Part shown: one piece after another, positions 36,925-48,699 of the stretch
Layout: each line of letters starts with the position of its first letter
Position numbering within the stretch: position 1 is the stretch's first letter
NCBI RefSeq assembly: GCF_036321535.1
Contig: NC_087447.1
Location: 41,418,001-41,482,000, forward strand
Origin: Camelus dromedarius
Taxonomy: Eukaryota
DNA: 64,000 nucleotides
Direction of reading: 5' to 3'
The notes under the pieces: model-generated
Database searches by the model: none
Told to the model about the DNA's origin: nothing
The model's input: only the letters and a program-made list of their open reading frames with translations
Made by a program: the position numbers and the translations under genes

Positions 36925-38707
36925 GTGCTTAGATGATTAGACAGCCACGTGCGAAAGAGTAAACATGGAAAACTGCTTCACACAATTCACAGAAATTAAC
37001 TTGAAATGGATGATAGGCCTAAATGTAAAAGCCAACACTATAAAACTGTTAGAAGAAAACATAGGAGCAAATCTTTGTGACCTCCAGCTAGTCCATGGTT
37101 TCTTAAATATGACACCAAAAGCCCAAGCACCAAGAGAAAAAAGTAGATGAATAAATAGTATTTCATCAAAATTAAAAAATTGTGATACAAACAATGCCAT
37201 CAAGAAAGTGAAGACCACCCACAAAATGAGAGGAAATGTTTGCAAATCATGTTTATAATAAGGGACTTGTTTCTAGAATATATAAAGAACTTATAATTTG
37301 ATAAAAAGACAACTAATTTTTTATTTTTAATTGAAGTGTAGTTGATGTACAATATCATACAAGTTTCAGGTGTACAATATAGTGATTCACAATTGTTAAA
37401 GGTTATACTCCATTTATAGTTATTATGAAATACTGACTATATTCCCTGTGTTGTAAAATGTATCTTTGTAGCTTACTTTATACATAATAGTTTGTACCTC
37501 TTTTCCCCCTACCCTTATATTACCCCTCCCTGCTTCCCTCTCCTCACTGGTAACCACTAGTTTATTCTCTGTATCTGTGAGTCTGCGTCTTTTTTGTTAT
37601 ATTCACTAGTTTGCTATTTTTTTTAGATTCCACATATAAGTGATATCATACAGTGTTTGTCTTTCTCTGTCTGACTTATTTCACTTAACATAATACCCTC
37701 CAAATTCATCCATGTTGTTGCAACTGGCAAAATTTCATTCTGTTTTTTGGCTGAATATAATTAACAACTAATTTTTTTTAATGGGCAAAGGATTTAAACT
37801 GACCTTCCTTCAAATATATATAAGGGGTTAATAAACACATGAAAGGATGCTCAACATCATTAGTCATTAGGGAAGTACGAATTCAAATGATATATCATAA
37901 ATAATAAATGATAAATTCATTAAATGATATATCATATATCATAAATGATTAAAATGAGGTATCATTTTAAATCCCTAGAATGATTATGATAAAAAAGGTG
38001 GACAATAATAAGTGTTGGTGAGGATGTGGAGGAATTAGAATTCTCAGTAAAATGGTGCAGCCACTTTGGAATAACAGTTTGGCAGTTCATCAAAAAGTTA
38101 AACATATAGTTACCATATGGCCCAGCAATTCCAATCCTAGGTGTATATAACAAAGAGACATGAAAATATATGTCCACACAACAACTTGTACACGAATGTC
38201 CTGTAACAGCATTTTTCATAATATCTAAAAAGTGGTAACAAGCCAAATGTCCATCAATTGATGAGTAGATAAATAGACAAATGTCCATCAACTGATGAGT
38301 AGATAAATAGAATGTGATATATCCATAGAGTGGAATACTGTTCAGCAATAAAAATGAAGTATTTATATATGCTACTACATGTATAAACCTTGAAAACATT
38401 ATGCTAAATGAAAAGAGTCAGCTGCAGAAGATCAAATGTTGTACAATTTCATTTATATGAAATATCCAGAATAGGAAAATGCGTAGAGACAAAAGTAAAT
38501 TAGTGGTTGCCTAGGGCTTGGGATAGGGGTTGGGGGAGTGACTGCTAATTGGTACAGGGTTCCTTTTGGAGATGATTAAAAAGTTTTAAGATTGACTATA
38601 ATGATGGTTGTATAATTCTGTGAATATACTAAAAACTACTGAATTGCAAATGTAAAAGGGTAAATTTTATGGTAAGTGAATTATATTTCAATAAAGCAGT
38701 TACAAAA
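36925..38707 (+). mobile_element. Old L1 (L1MB-like) 3' portion, interrupted by a nested insertion
   Basis: ORF2 C-terminal remnant (INLKWMIGLNVKANTIKLLEENIGANLCDL) and L1MB-type 3' UTR ending gaattatatttcaataaagcagttacaaaa. Confidence 0.85.
37323..37763 (-). mobile_element. Nested 5'-truncated L1 3' fragment with 14-bp TSD
   Basis: ttgaagtgtagttgatgtacaatatc...ggtaaccactagtttattctctgtatctgtgagtctg; ACAACTAATTTTTT at 37309-37322 and 37764-37777. Confidence 0.88.
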
Positions 38708-40402
38708 GAGAGTGAAGAAAAGGGGCAGAATGGTAAATGCAAAGGCCCTGGGGCCACAGTGAGGTGTGTTTAAAGAACAGAATGGCCAACGTAGCTGAAG
38801 AGTGGAAAGAGAGTCCAGTAGAGGCCTCGCTTATTAAGGCAGTTTGAATTCTGAGGTACATAGTGACATCCAGAGTGGTCTCCTTGTACATCACCTGCTA
38901 GGCCTCCATCTTTTGGGAGGGCCACAGCTCTGCCCTTTACCTGCCTGGGCCAGTCCGTAAGACATAGCTCTCTGCTTCAGGAGCTGGCCATGTCACATGG
39001 CTTCTTTACCTAAACCACACCTACTTGAGTCCTCAAGGGCCTTGATATTTTTAAAAAGTGTGTTCTACAGCCAAAAAGCAGAAAGTCATCAAAACAGAAA
39101 AATAACTTTGGTTAATAATTGATGAAAATATATAAATTTCACATACTATCCAAACAAAGCCAGGGGTCAAAGGCAAGCTCAGGGAGTTTTGATAAATCGT
39201 TGAAGCAAGATGTGCATGTTCTGTATGACAGTTAAGATTCTGTTGGCTGGTCCACAGAGGAAAGGACTTGACAGGTGGGGTTGTGACAAGAATTGTAAGC
39301 GTCAAACATCTTTGCACTTGTTTATCCTGTGCTCTGTGCTCTGCTGACTTGATGGCCGTGGGGTCTCTTTGCCTCATCCTGACAGGAAGGTTCTCATAGT
39401 TCCTCGTCAGGGGTGAGAACCAGCCCCTTGCAGAGATAGCTGACCCCTACCTTTGCTCTCAGGGTCCCTCCACACCCGTGAGAGGGAGGAAGCTGTGTTT
39501 CCTGAGGATCTTATCGATGGCACGATCTGTTGCCAAGTCCTGTGACGCCGGTCGGACTCCTCCCGGTCCTCCCACCCCAGCACAGGAAAGGGCCCAGGCA
39601 TTATTTACATTGTCTGGGTTTCAGAACGAGGCTAGCTTTAGTCACCGGCCGGAACGGCAGCAGCAGCATCAACAGAGTGAGCGTGCAGAGTGGAAGATGC
39701 TTGCTGTGGGAACCGCACCCTCTGCGCCTGCTGGGACTTTCTTGCCTGATCTCTGGTTCCAGCCATCGGAGGAGGCTCTCAATGGGGAGAAGAGCTCTGG
39801 CTGCTCATTCCTACCGTTCATTGTCTGACTCACATGCACCCTTGACTCACATGCACAATCCTCAGAGGCAGGAAGAGGGTCAGGCTTTACAGATATGGGT
39901 AGCCCCAGAAAAACTATAATGGCTGTTCAGATGTATACAATTTATAAAGTACACAGCTCTTCCATTCTCTTATTAAGTCCTCACAGCACACCTGTGAGTT
40001 AGTCATGATAATCACCGACATCGCCTACATTTATATGTGCATACGTACATAGATTCCTTATAAGACTCCTGCAAGGTACATATTATTCCCATTTTATAGA
40101 TGAGCAAACTTAGAGAATTTAAATAACTTGTCCAAAGTCACAGATACTACAGGCAATGGTGGAGCTCTGACCCCAGGATCTAATATTTTGCACCACACTT
40201 GCTCTGTTGGATTCACTATCTGGGTGAATAATTTCTTACGGGTTACAGAGCTCACACAAAGGGTACCCTGCCTCTTTCCCAGCTCACCAACCCTGCTTGT
40301 GACATACCTGGAAACACCTGGTCTCCTGGTTGTTCAAAGGTGTCTTTTGCTTTATTTCATAGAGTGGATAAAGTTCATTTGCATGTCTTTTCTTTTTCAC
40401 AG

Positions 40403-40433
40403 CGCCCCGCCACTCAGTGAAAAGGAAGTTGAG
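40403..40433 (+). CDS. IRAG1: IRAG1 31-nt coding micro-exon (phase 2-0) (S)APPLSEKEVE
   Basis: ctttttcacag|CGCC...GAG|gtaagt; needed to reconcile the phases of the flanking exons. Confidence 0.93.
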
Positions 40434-41719
40434 GTAAGTAACTACAATTCTTTATGAAACTGAGGGCCAGGGCTTGAGCGGGTTTATTCAAAACATTCCC
40501 TTCTGCAGTCTCAGCTCCTGACATTTTTACTCAAAAATGATAATGAGTAACCATGGGATAATGTGGACGCCATGATCAGCCCTATTGAACCACTGAGAAC
40601 CCTCCCACCCCCATTCAAGTTAATGGAAGATTCTGACAAATTTGGTCAGAGATGAGAAGGTAGTTGGAAATTCCACATTTCTTTGAGGATTGTTTATGTT
40701 CTTTAAAAGTATGACTCAGGTATCCAATATCAGCTGGGAGGCTGCAGAACTGAATCAAATTTATTTCAAAATTATTAAAAGATGGTCAGATTTTGAGTTA
40801 CAAACTTTGGAAGAAGAAGGCACTTTCCTTCTGAGCTTTTCAAACATAAGGAAGCCAGCCCAGCCAAGGTGGGAGGCTGTGAGGTCAGCGCTCCCGCCTT
40901 CCCTGATATCTCGCTTCCGGTCTACTCCCCTTGGGGCCCCCTCATCTCTGTAGAGATGCTGTCCGCATGAGGGTGGTGAGGGTGGTGAGTGAGCCGAGAG
41001 GAATTTGTCTGCATTTCATTTTGGTGAAGGAATAGATGGCCAAAGAGAACGCAGCCCAGGTGAGACAGTAAAGGCTCCCAACACCAGCAGTGGTTTGTTG
41101 CCATGACAATTATGTTGGTGTTGATAGAAGGAAGGGAGCAAGAACATTCCAGATCCAATTCCAGAATCTCTTCAGTCCAGGTAGGGAGGATGGAAGATTT
41201 TACAGTCTTGATAACAAGAAAACAAACATACCCTTCCTGAGACCCAGGGGACCCCAGAAACAGAGGGAGGCGGACAGTGTGAACTGTCTGGCATGGGTAG
41301 TAACAGCCTGCACACAGACACAGCACTTTCAGTCCATGACACACGCTTATCCATCCTTCAGCTGACCCTCCCATCAGCTCTGAGAAACGGGTAGAGCAGG
41401 AAGCAGGACAAAGGAGGAAACTGAGGAATTAAATAACCTACCTGAGATCCCAGACCCAGGGCTTAGCTGAACCAACATTTGGATCCAAGTGTTCTGCCTG
41501 AATTCGGGGCTCTTTACGTCACCCTGCCGTTAAGGTGATAACCCAGTATAGAGAAGTAAACACTGAGCATCACTGATCAACTTGACGGAGGCTTGGGTAG
41601 GACATACTCCCCACCTATCCACGTTGGTGAAAACAACCGTGGGCAGTTTGGTTAATTAACTGTGAGCTCTTGTGCTCAGGTGTGTCCTGACATGGTCAGT
41701 GCTCCACACGGTGAAAAGA

Positions 41720-41930
41720 AGCACAGGCTTTGGAGTGAGATAGTATGAGGCTGAATCCTGGCTCTGCAACTCCCTTGTGTCACCTTGAACAAGCTAATGA
41801 CCTCTCTGGTCTCGGTCTCTTTACCTGGAAAGTGAATGTAACAGTTTTTATTGCAGAGGGTTGATGAGGGGTTAAATGACCTAAGGTGCGTGAAACTCCG
41901 GGCAGTGCTGGCGTATAGCAGATACACCAC
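41720..41930 (+). mobile_element. MIR SINE
   Basis: tgaatcctggctctgcaactcccttgtgtcaccttgaacaagcta...gagggttgatgaggggttaaatga. Confidence 0.7.
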
Positions 41931-42843
41931 AAGGAGTCACTTTCGATGATGCCATCGTCATCAGTATTGGACAGTTCAGGGTCATCACTTCTCCACCTGG
42001 AGATGTCTGCTCACCATGGGCCATGTTACATGAACTGCAGGAACTCAGGTAGAGTCAGTTCATCCCAAGGGTGTAAATCTGCTACCACTTGATGCAGGCA
42101 GGGCAAATGAAGGCTGTAAAAGTGAAGACCATTGCTTCCTTCCTGTGTAGAGCCCATCTGTCTGTTTCTCCTCCTCAGTAGTTTCCTATTAGACCAAGAA
42201 TTCTATGTCTGATCAACGCCACCTTTCCAAGTTCATTCATGCAGGCTGCATTTTGGCATGGAATATTTGTCCCAGAAAGCTTCATATCATTCAAAAAGAA
42301 TCATATCTGGCCTTATTTCATGTCCTGGCAACTTCTAAAGCTGCTTTCATTGTAGGATTTGGAGTATTTCAGCAAGATGCTGGTTAAAGTTTGCTTTGAG
42401 TCAACAGGCTTACATCTCGAGTGGGATTTCTTTAAATACAGTGGTTTCATGTGAAACCTCCAAAAACCCACGTGCCATAAATCCTAGCATGAACCCAAAC
42501 TGCTTACACAATCAGCTGTGTTGGCCTGAGTTTATCTAAACCCAAATACGGGATGTTATTTTCTTGACATTCAGGGAAAAACAGTGGTATTCTCCTACTA
42601 ATTTTTTCAGTAAAATGCCTTTGGTCTTCTCGTCCTGGGAAGAGCCTAGCATGGACCTCAGGTTACTATTTCACCATCTTTTGTGGAGTTTACTTCACGA
42701 AGGGAAAGTTTCACTTTTCTGTGGCTGCTTTGGGGACTGGTTCCAGGAGCTAAAGTAAAACGCTTGTGCAAGAAACACAGCTTCAGTCTTGCTGCCTGCA
42801 GTGACTCCTCCTAGCACCTCTCCCACACTCTTGTTCCCAACAG

Positions 42844-42984
42844 AACGTGTTTGTACAACTGTCCTTGGCCTTTAGAAATGACAGCTACACCCTGGAATCT
42901 AGAATTAACCAGGCGGAAAGGGAACGCAACCTGACAGAGGAGAACACAGAGAAGGAACTGGAAAACTTCAAAGCTTCCATTACG
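42844..42984 (+). CDS. IRAG1: IRAG1 coding exon (phase 0-0) [47 protein letters not shown]; start of the coiled coil that binds IP3R1
   Basis: cccaacag|AAC...ACG|gtaatt; 141 nt. Confidence 0.97.
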
Positions 42985-43441
42985 GTAATTGTGGAGCCTG
43001 ACTGGGGAATCCTTGCAGGAAGTTCTGTCCCCCAGGGCCCTGCCGGGTTTCTCAGTCAGCAAGTTCGGTCATTTCTCCTGAAATGAGAAATCAGGCCAAG
43101 GCCCTGAGCCAGGCGGAGTCTTCCTCGGAGAGCTAGGAGGGGCTGAGGCAGGGACGCCTGGTTACCCCAGGGCGGTGGGTCAGGCCTCTGAGTCCTTGGC
43201 AGCTTCTCCGGAGGGGGCTGGGTGGCCTGGGGACCAGAGACTGGGATGTGATTCCCTTCCTTCCAGCCGGCCAGGTAGAGAGCCTCCACATTGGTCTTCT
43301 CCAATCCCAGAAACAGCGGAAGCCCGGGCCCTGCAAAGGCCCCTCTTCTCAGCCAAGATGGGACCAGGGCTCGTCTTGTGACAGCCCAAGTCAAATCTTG
43401 GCCTGTGAGGACCCCAGGTGATGTTCCTTCTCATTCCTCAG

Positions 43442-43573
43442 TCCTCAGCTTCACTCTGGCACCACTGTGAGCACCGCGAGACCTACCAGAAGCTGCTGGA
43501 AGACATTGCTGTCCTGCACCGCCTGGCTGCCCGCCTCTCCAGCCGGGCTGAGATGGTGGGGGCTGTCCGCCAG
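43442..43573 (+). CDS. IRAG1: IRAG1 coding exon (phase 0-0) [44 protein letters not shown]
   Basis: ttcctcag|TCC...CAG|gtgagc; 132 nt. Confidence 0.97.
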
Positions 43574-43699
43574 GTGAGCTCCACCCCGCCTGCAGTCACT
43601 GGAGCAGTAGTGCAAGCAGCGACAACCACAGATCTTGATGGTTAACTTACTGATGGTGGCTCTTGTGCCAGACATCCTATGTACGTGATGGTTTTTTCA

Positions 43700-43990
43700 G
43701 AGTATTTTTGGTGGACCGCCAAATTCTCAGGATGCTCCCTGGGAAAGGTTTCTGTGAACCCATACACTTGGGAGCTGCTGTGTACTAGCTTCCTTTCTTG
43801 GAGATTTCTAACACACGTTGGTATAATCAAAGGTTTGAGAAGTCCTATAATGAAAAAGCCTGTTTAATGTTATCTATATATTTCTCAAATGTATTTGAGT
43901 AACCCCATTCAACCTTTTATTTTTTTCACGAAATACCTATTCACTTCCCGTGGGACTAGTATATGGCAAAACATGCTTTAGGAAAAGCTA
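43700..43990. mobile_element. hAT-Charlie-type (MER113-like) remnant
   Basis: gatgctccctgggaaaggtttctgtg; aaaggtttgagaagtcct; catgctttaggaaa; family from memory. Confidence 0.45.
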
Positions 43991-45527
43991 GTTTGTTTCG
44001 TGAATCCTCCCAGCAACCCTGTGAAGTAACTATCTTTATGGATGAAGATGTGAAGTCTCAGAAAGGTAATAGCACTAGTGAGGGGCAAAGCTAGAGTGCA
44101 GGCCCACGTCTGGCTCCCTTGCAACCACTTTGAAGTCCTGAAGCACACCGGGCACCACCCCAATCCAGCACAGGATTGTGGGTCAGACTGCCTGAGTTCT
44201 AATCCGAGCTCTACCAGGATTCACTGTGTGACCTCTGGTCAGTTACCAAGCTGTCTGTGCTCAAGCTTCTCCAGATGTGGATGATGACAATGTGTGCCAT
44301 TTAGGGCTGTTGTGATACTTGTAAACCACCTAGATGTTGTTACTTCTGCTGCTGTTACCGTGGACCCATGTCCTGCTGCACTGCTTGCATGGCAGGGGTA
44401 TTCCTGGTTCTCATAGAACGAAGGAAAGACAAGCCACTGGGCTGTCCCACCTCTGCTCTTCAGGGGAAGGGACACCTAACTCAACATCAGCACCCAGGAA
44501 GCCACTCCAGCTGGAGGAATAACAAAGGGAGAGAGAGCTCTAGGGAAGTGGCTGATCTCAGCTCAGGACTGCGGGGACTTTTTCCCGGGGATGGTCACTG
44601 AACATGTCTCTCTGAGGGATGCAAGGAGTATCAGCAGAGAAGAATCTTCCTTGTTCTGTGCAGCCTTCCCAAATGTGTTTCTCAGCCCATGCACTGCTCA
44701 CTCCTGTCTTCACCCTGCTCCTGGTAGCTTCTGTGTCTGGGTCCTCACCATTCTTTCTGGTTCCACTGTACTGGTTCAGGCACTGGTCCTCTCTTTCCTT
44801 GTTGCTCTCACTCCCTTTAGTCTAGTCTCCACAGGTAACCCAATTATGCCACTCCCTTCCTTTAAGACATTCGATGGCTCCCCTCTTCCTTCAGAATAAA
44901 TCCAAATTCCTTAGTCTAGCATTTGAGGTCCTTCATAGCCCAGCCCTAACTTACCCTTTCTTCTTATGAACAAACCCAACCACTTGCTGATTCCTGCATA
45001 AGTAGGTGACATGTACTTTTCTGATTTTTTCAGTTCTGGTATATGTCTGTTATCCCAGCATAATTCTCAACGGCACCCCTTCCTTTTCCCTCTCCAAAGG
45101 ATTCTGTCTGGAAGGTAAAGCTTCACCTAGATACAAGCTCCATGATGTCCTGTGTCTGGACCTTGGCTCTTGGAGTTCCCTGGCCTGCATGTTCTGCATT
45201 GTCCCTCCTGCCCTTATCTGTGTGCCCAGATGCTGCCCACACCCCAAAGCACATCAGTCCATCTCATGAAGCCTCCCCAGCCCACTCCCTGAAAGCAGAG
45301 ATAACTCTGCCCTCTCATTCCTGAGGCTTAGTAGCTGGACTTGTTCTCGTTCTCCTTGAGTGTAGGTGTCTGAGCGCCCCCTCAGCTCACATCCCAGACC
45401 ACAAACTCTTAGAGGGCAGAGTCACATCTGATTGGTCCCCCAGCCCAGAGAGCCTGGCTCAGAGCAAAGAGTGCTGATGAGCCTTTCCTCCAAGTGCCCT
45501 GTGTGCTCACACTCTCCTTCCTTGCAG

Positions 45528-45669
45528 GAAAAGCGCATGTCAAAAGCAACAGAAGTGATGATGCAGTACGTGGAGAACCTGAAGAGGACATATGAGAAGG
45601 ACCATGCAGAGCTCATGGAGTTTAAAAAACTTGCCAATCAGAATTCAAGCCGTAGCTGTGGTCCCTCTG
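45528..45669 (+). CDS. IRAG1: IRAG1 coding exon (phase 0-1) [47 protein letters not shown]
   Basis: ccttgcag|GAA...TCTG|gtaagg; 142 nt. Confidence 0.97.
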
Positions 45670-48600
45670 GTAAGGAACTGGGCTCCTGCCCCTACCCTGG
45701 CCCTGTGACATGAGTCCCCGTTGGATCTAGGCTAGGATCATACCTACGGGGCAGCCCCAGGGCCTGTGTCAGGATGGGCAAAGCTCCCTGCCCCCTCAGT
45801 GCTGCCTCCAGGCCCCTCATAGCCCCTGCTCCCGTGATCCCGGGGGCCTGGAACCAGAAAACATGAAATGACCCTCAAGTGACTCCTGACACAATCAACC
45901 AGTGTGGCTGACCACTGATGCAAAGCCTCCAGGCTGCAAGAATTCAACCTCCTTTGTGAGAGTGATAGACCCCAGACCTTACAGTCTTTGTGCTTTGGGG
46001 CCCCCTCTTTGGGCAGCACATGCTAAGGAATGTGCGCATTATCTTGGAAAGCATTAGGGATCCAACCAAAGATTTTAATCATGGAAATGACATGATTGTA
46101 TATAGTTTAGGAGATTCCCTCTTGCAGTGGTATGGCAGTTACATTACTGGGGCAACATTAGAGACAGGGAAACCCAGGAAGCTGCTATTACAACAGTCCA
46201 GGTGAGAAATGGAGTCTGGGCAGTGGAGTTAGAGTGGGAGCATGGCTAAAGGAGAGGCTGCTGAGATAAATAGCAGCAGACTCGTGAACAAGTGTTTTAA
46301 AGAAATACTCTTTAAAAAAAAGAGTTCTATACAGATTGTTATAAAAGCACAGAGGAAGGGCCACCTGATTCTGCTTAATATCAAGTGGTAGTATTTTAAA
46401 GTAAAAATAGGAGTTCTCCAGGAAAGAAGGGGAAATATGTCATGGATGGAGGAAACAAAGGTGTGGAGGTTGGGGTGAGATGACTATGGAACAGACAGTC
46501 CGATGTGGTTGCAGGGTTGCAGTGTGACGACGACAGGTTGAAGGTGAGACTTGTTAGACCAGGGCCACCTGCCAGGCTATGCTAACAGCCTGGGCCTTGG
46601 TCCTCCAGGCAGTGAGGAGGCACTGAGGAGTTTACACCAGCTGCCACGATCAGATTTTACTTTTAGAAGACTGCTCTGACTTCAGATTGGGTGATACATT
46701 AGGAAAGCGTGGACATTGAGGGATGGAGAGATGAGTTAGGAGGCTTTGCCACGGCCCTGGAGGAGGATGGTGCTTTGGACCAGGATCTCTCCTTGGGAGC
46801 TGCCAGAGTTTAAGCTCTGGCTGATGAGGATGGTATTAGCAGGAGAAAACAGACCTTTTAGCGACAGGAATCCCTGTGGAACGCAAACATCCGTGTTACC
46901 AAGAGCAAGAGGAGGGAAAGTACAGAAAGTATAACAGATGGAGAAGCCTTTATAAACAGGAGGTTTCACAAGTTTCCTGGGGAATATCAGTGACGCTTCC
47001 CAGAGTCCGAAGGCAGCACACACATGCTGCAGACGGTCTGCTTTGGATCTTGGCAGCACAGCTCCTGACCCACATGCATCTGGGCCTCTAACAGACCTCT
47101 CTCTGTCAGTGCAGGAAGTTGGAGAAGCTGCCACCAAAGAAATCCTAATACATGGGCACTTCTGTTATTGTCCTGCAAGGTGCCGATCCCCTGCGAACCA
47201 CCTTTCCCACAATTTATGGAATGAGCACAGTTGCTCATGAGTCTCCTTCATTCATTCTCCAGACATTTATTGAGCCCCTCTGGTGTGCCCCCACGTGCCA
47301 TACTGAATAGAGAGATGAAGGTACCCAGCCTCTGACTCAAAGGAGCTCTCAACCTGGGGTGAGGGCAGGACAGTGTAACCGATGCTGTGACAGAAGCAAG
47401 CTGACTTCCATGGGTTGCACACCGCAGGGTCCCATGTTCAGTCTGGGGGCATGAGAAAGCATTTATAGTGCTCGGGTAGCTGAGTGTTGAATGGTGGACA
47501 AGTGGTTTTCACACATTTGTCCCTACTCCACTGTTTCTTCGAGCTACACCTCAGCTTGGGCTGGTGCAGAGGGGCAAGACGTGCCTATCAGATACTCTGT
47601 GAGCATTCCCTGATGGTGCTTGTTCTTTAAGCTTTTATAGGACTTCTTTGTTGTATATGCAATCTCTGTCTATGCCTGAGACTCTGAAGACTACAGCGAA
47701 AGAAAAATGTCTCTGATTTCAAGAAAGGTGATACACTTTAAAAGAAAAAAAATCCTGTTGGTTTTTTTTTTTTCTGAATATGAAACATACTAATTGCCTG
47801 CATTTGGGGTTATTTCCTTAAAGTGGATTTCTAGAAGTCTGAATACTAGCTTAGGGAAAAGGAATATTTATAAGGCTCTTAAAGCAAATTATTTCCAAAT
47901 AATCCATTGATATTTCCATTCAATGGGTGACAGTAATGCTTGGTTCATTGTGCCATGGACATTCTTGTCTTTTCTTTTTAAAAATGGTTTTGACTTTGAT
48001 GGGCCAAAATTGTACCTCTTCTCATAGTTTTAATTATATTTCTTGACCTTTTCAAATGTTTATTGGGCATTTGTATTTCCACTAGCCTAAATTCTCTAAT
48101 TATATCCTCTACCCACTGGTAAGACTGGTATTTTATTAATTGTCTGAATCCTTCATATATAAAGAATATTTTCTGGTTCTGCTATTTTGGCTGACTAGAA
48201 AACTTGAAAATCCTTTGACTACAAATATGTAGAAATTTCTGCTGGATAAAGTGAAGCAAACATTGGACTAAAAGAATAGCTGAATCCACAAGAAAAAAAA
48301 TGGAAATACTCAGATGCAAGAAAAGAAAAGAGAACTGAAACCAAGCTGATCCTGCAGCTTCCTTGGGGATAAGAGGCAGCCTCAGCTCTCTGGGCTCTGG
48401 ACTTTTGCACTCGCGTGCAATCTAAGATGAGGCCTCAGACTGGAGAGAGCTGACTCTGAGCCTCTTCCCGAGGACTGCATCCTTGGCATAATCACCAACC
48501 TACAATGGAACAAGTCAAGGACGTTTGCCTGTTTCACCCTGGACTTTAGTAGGAAAAAAACCACTTTCTCCTTCCTCTTAGTAAAACTGCATGCCCACAG

Positions 48601-48699
48601 AGTACTTGCATAACAGAAGTGATGATGCAATATGCAGAGATTCTGGAAAGAACATCACAATGGTGCCACTAGGAACAGTCGGAAACAAATACAAACCAC

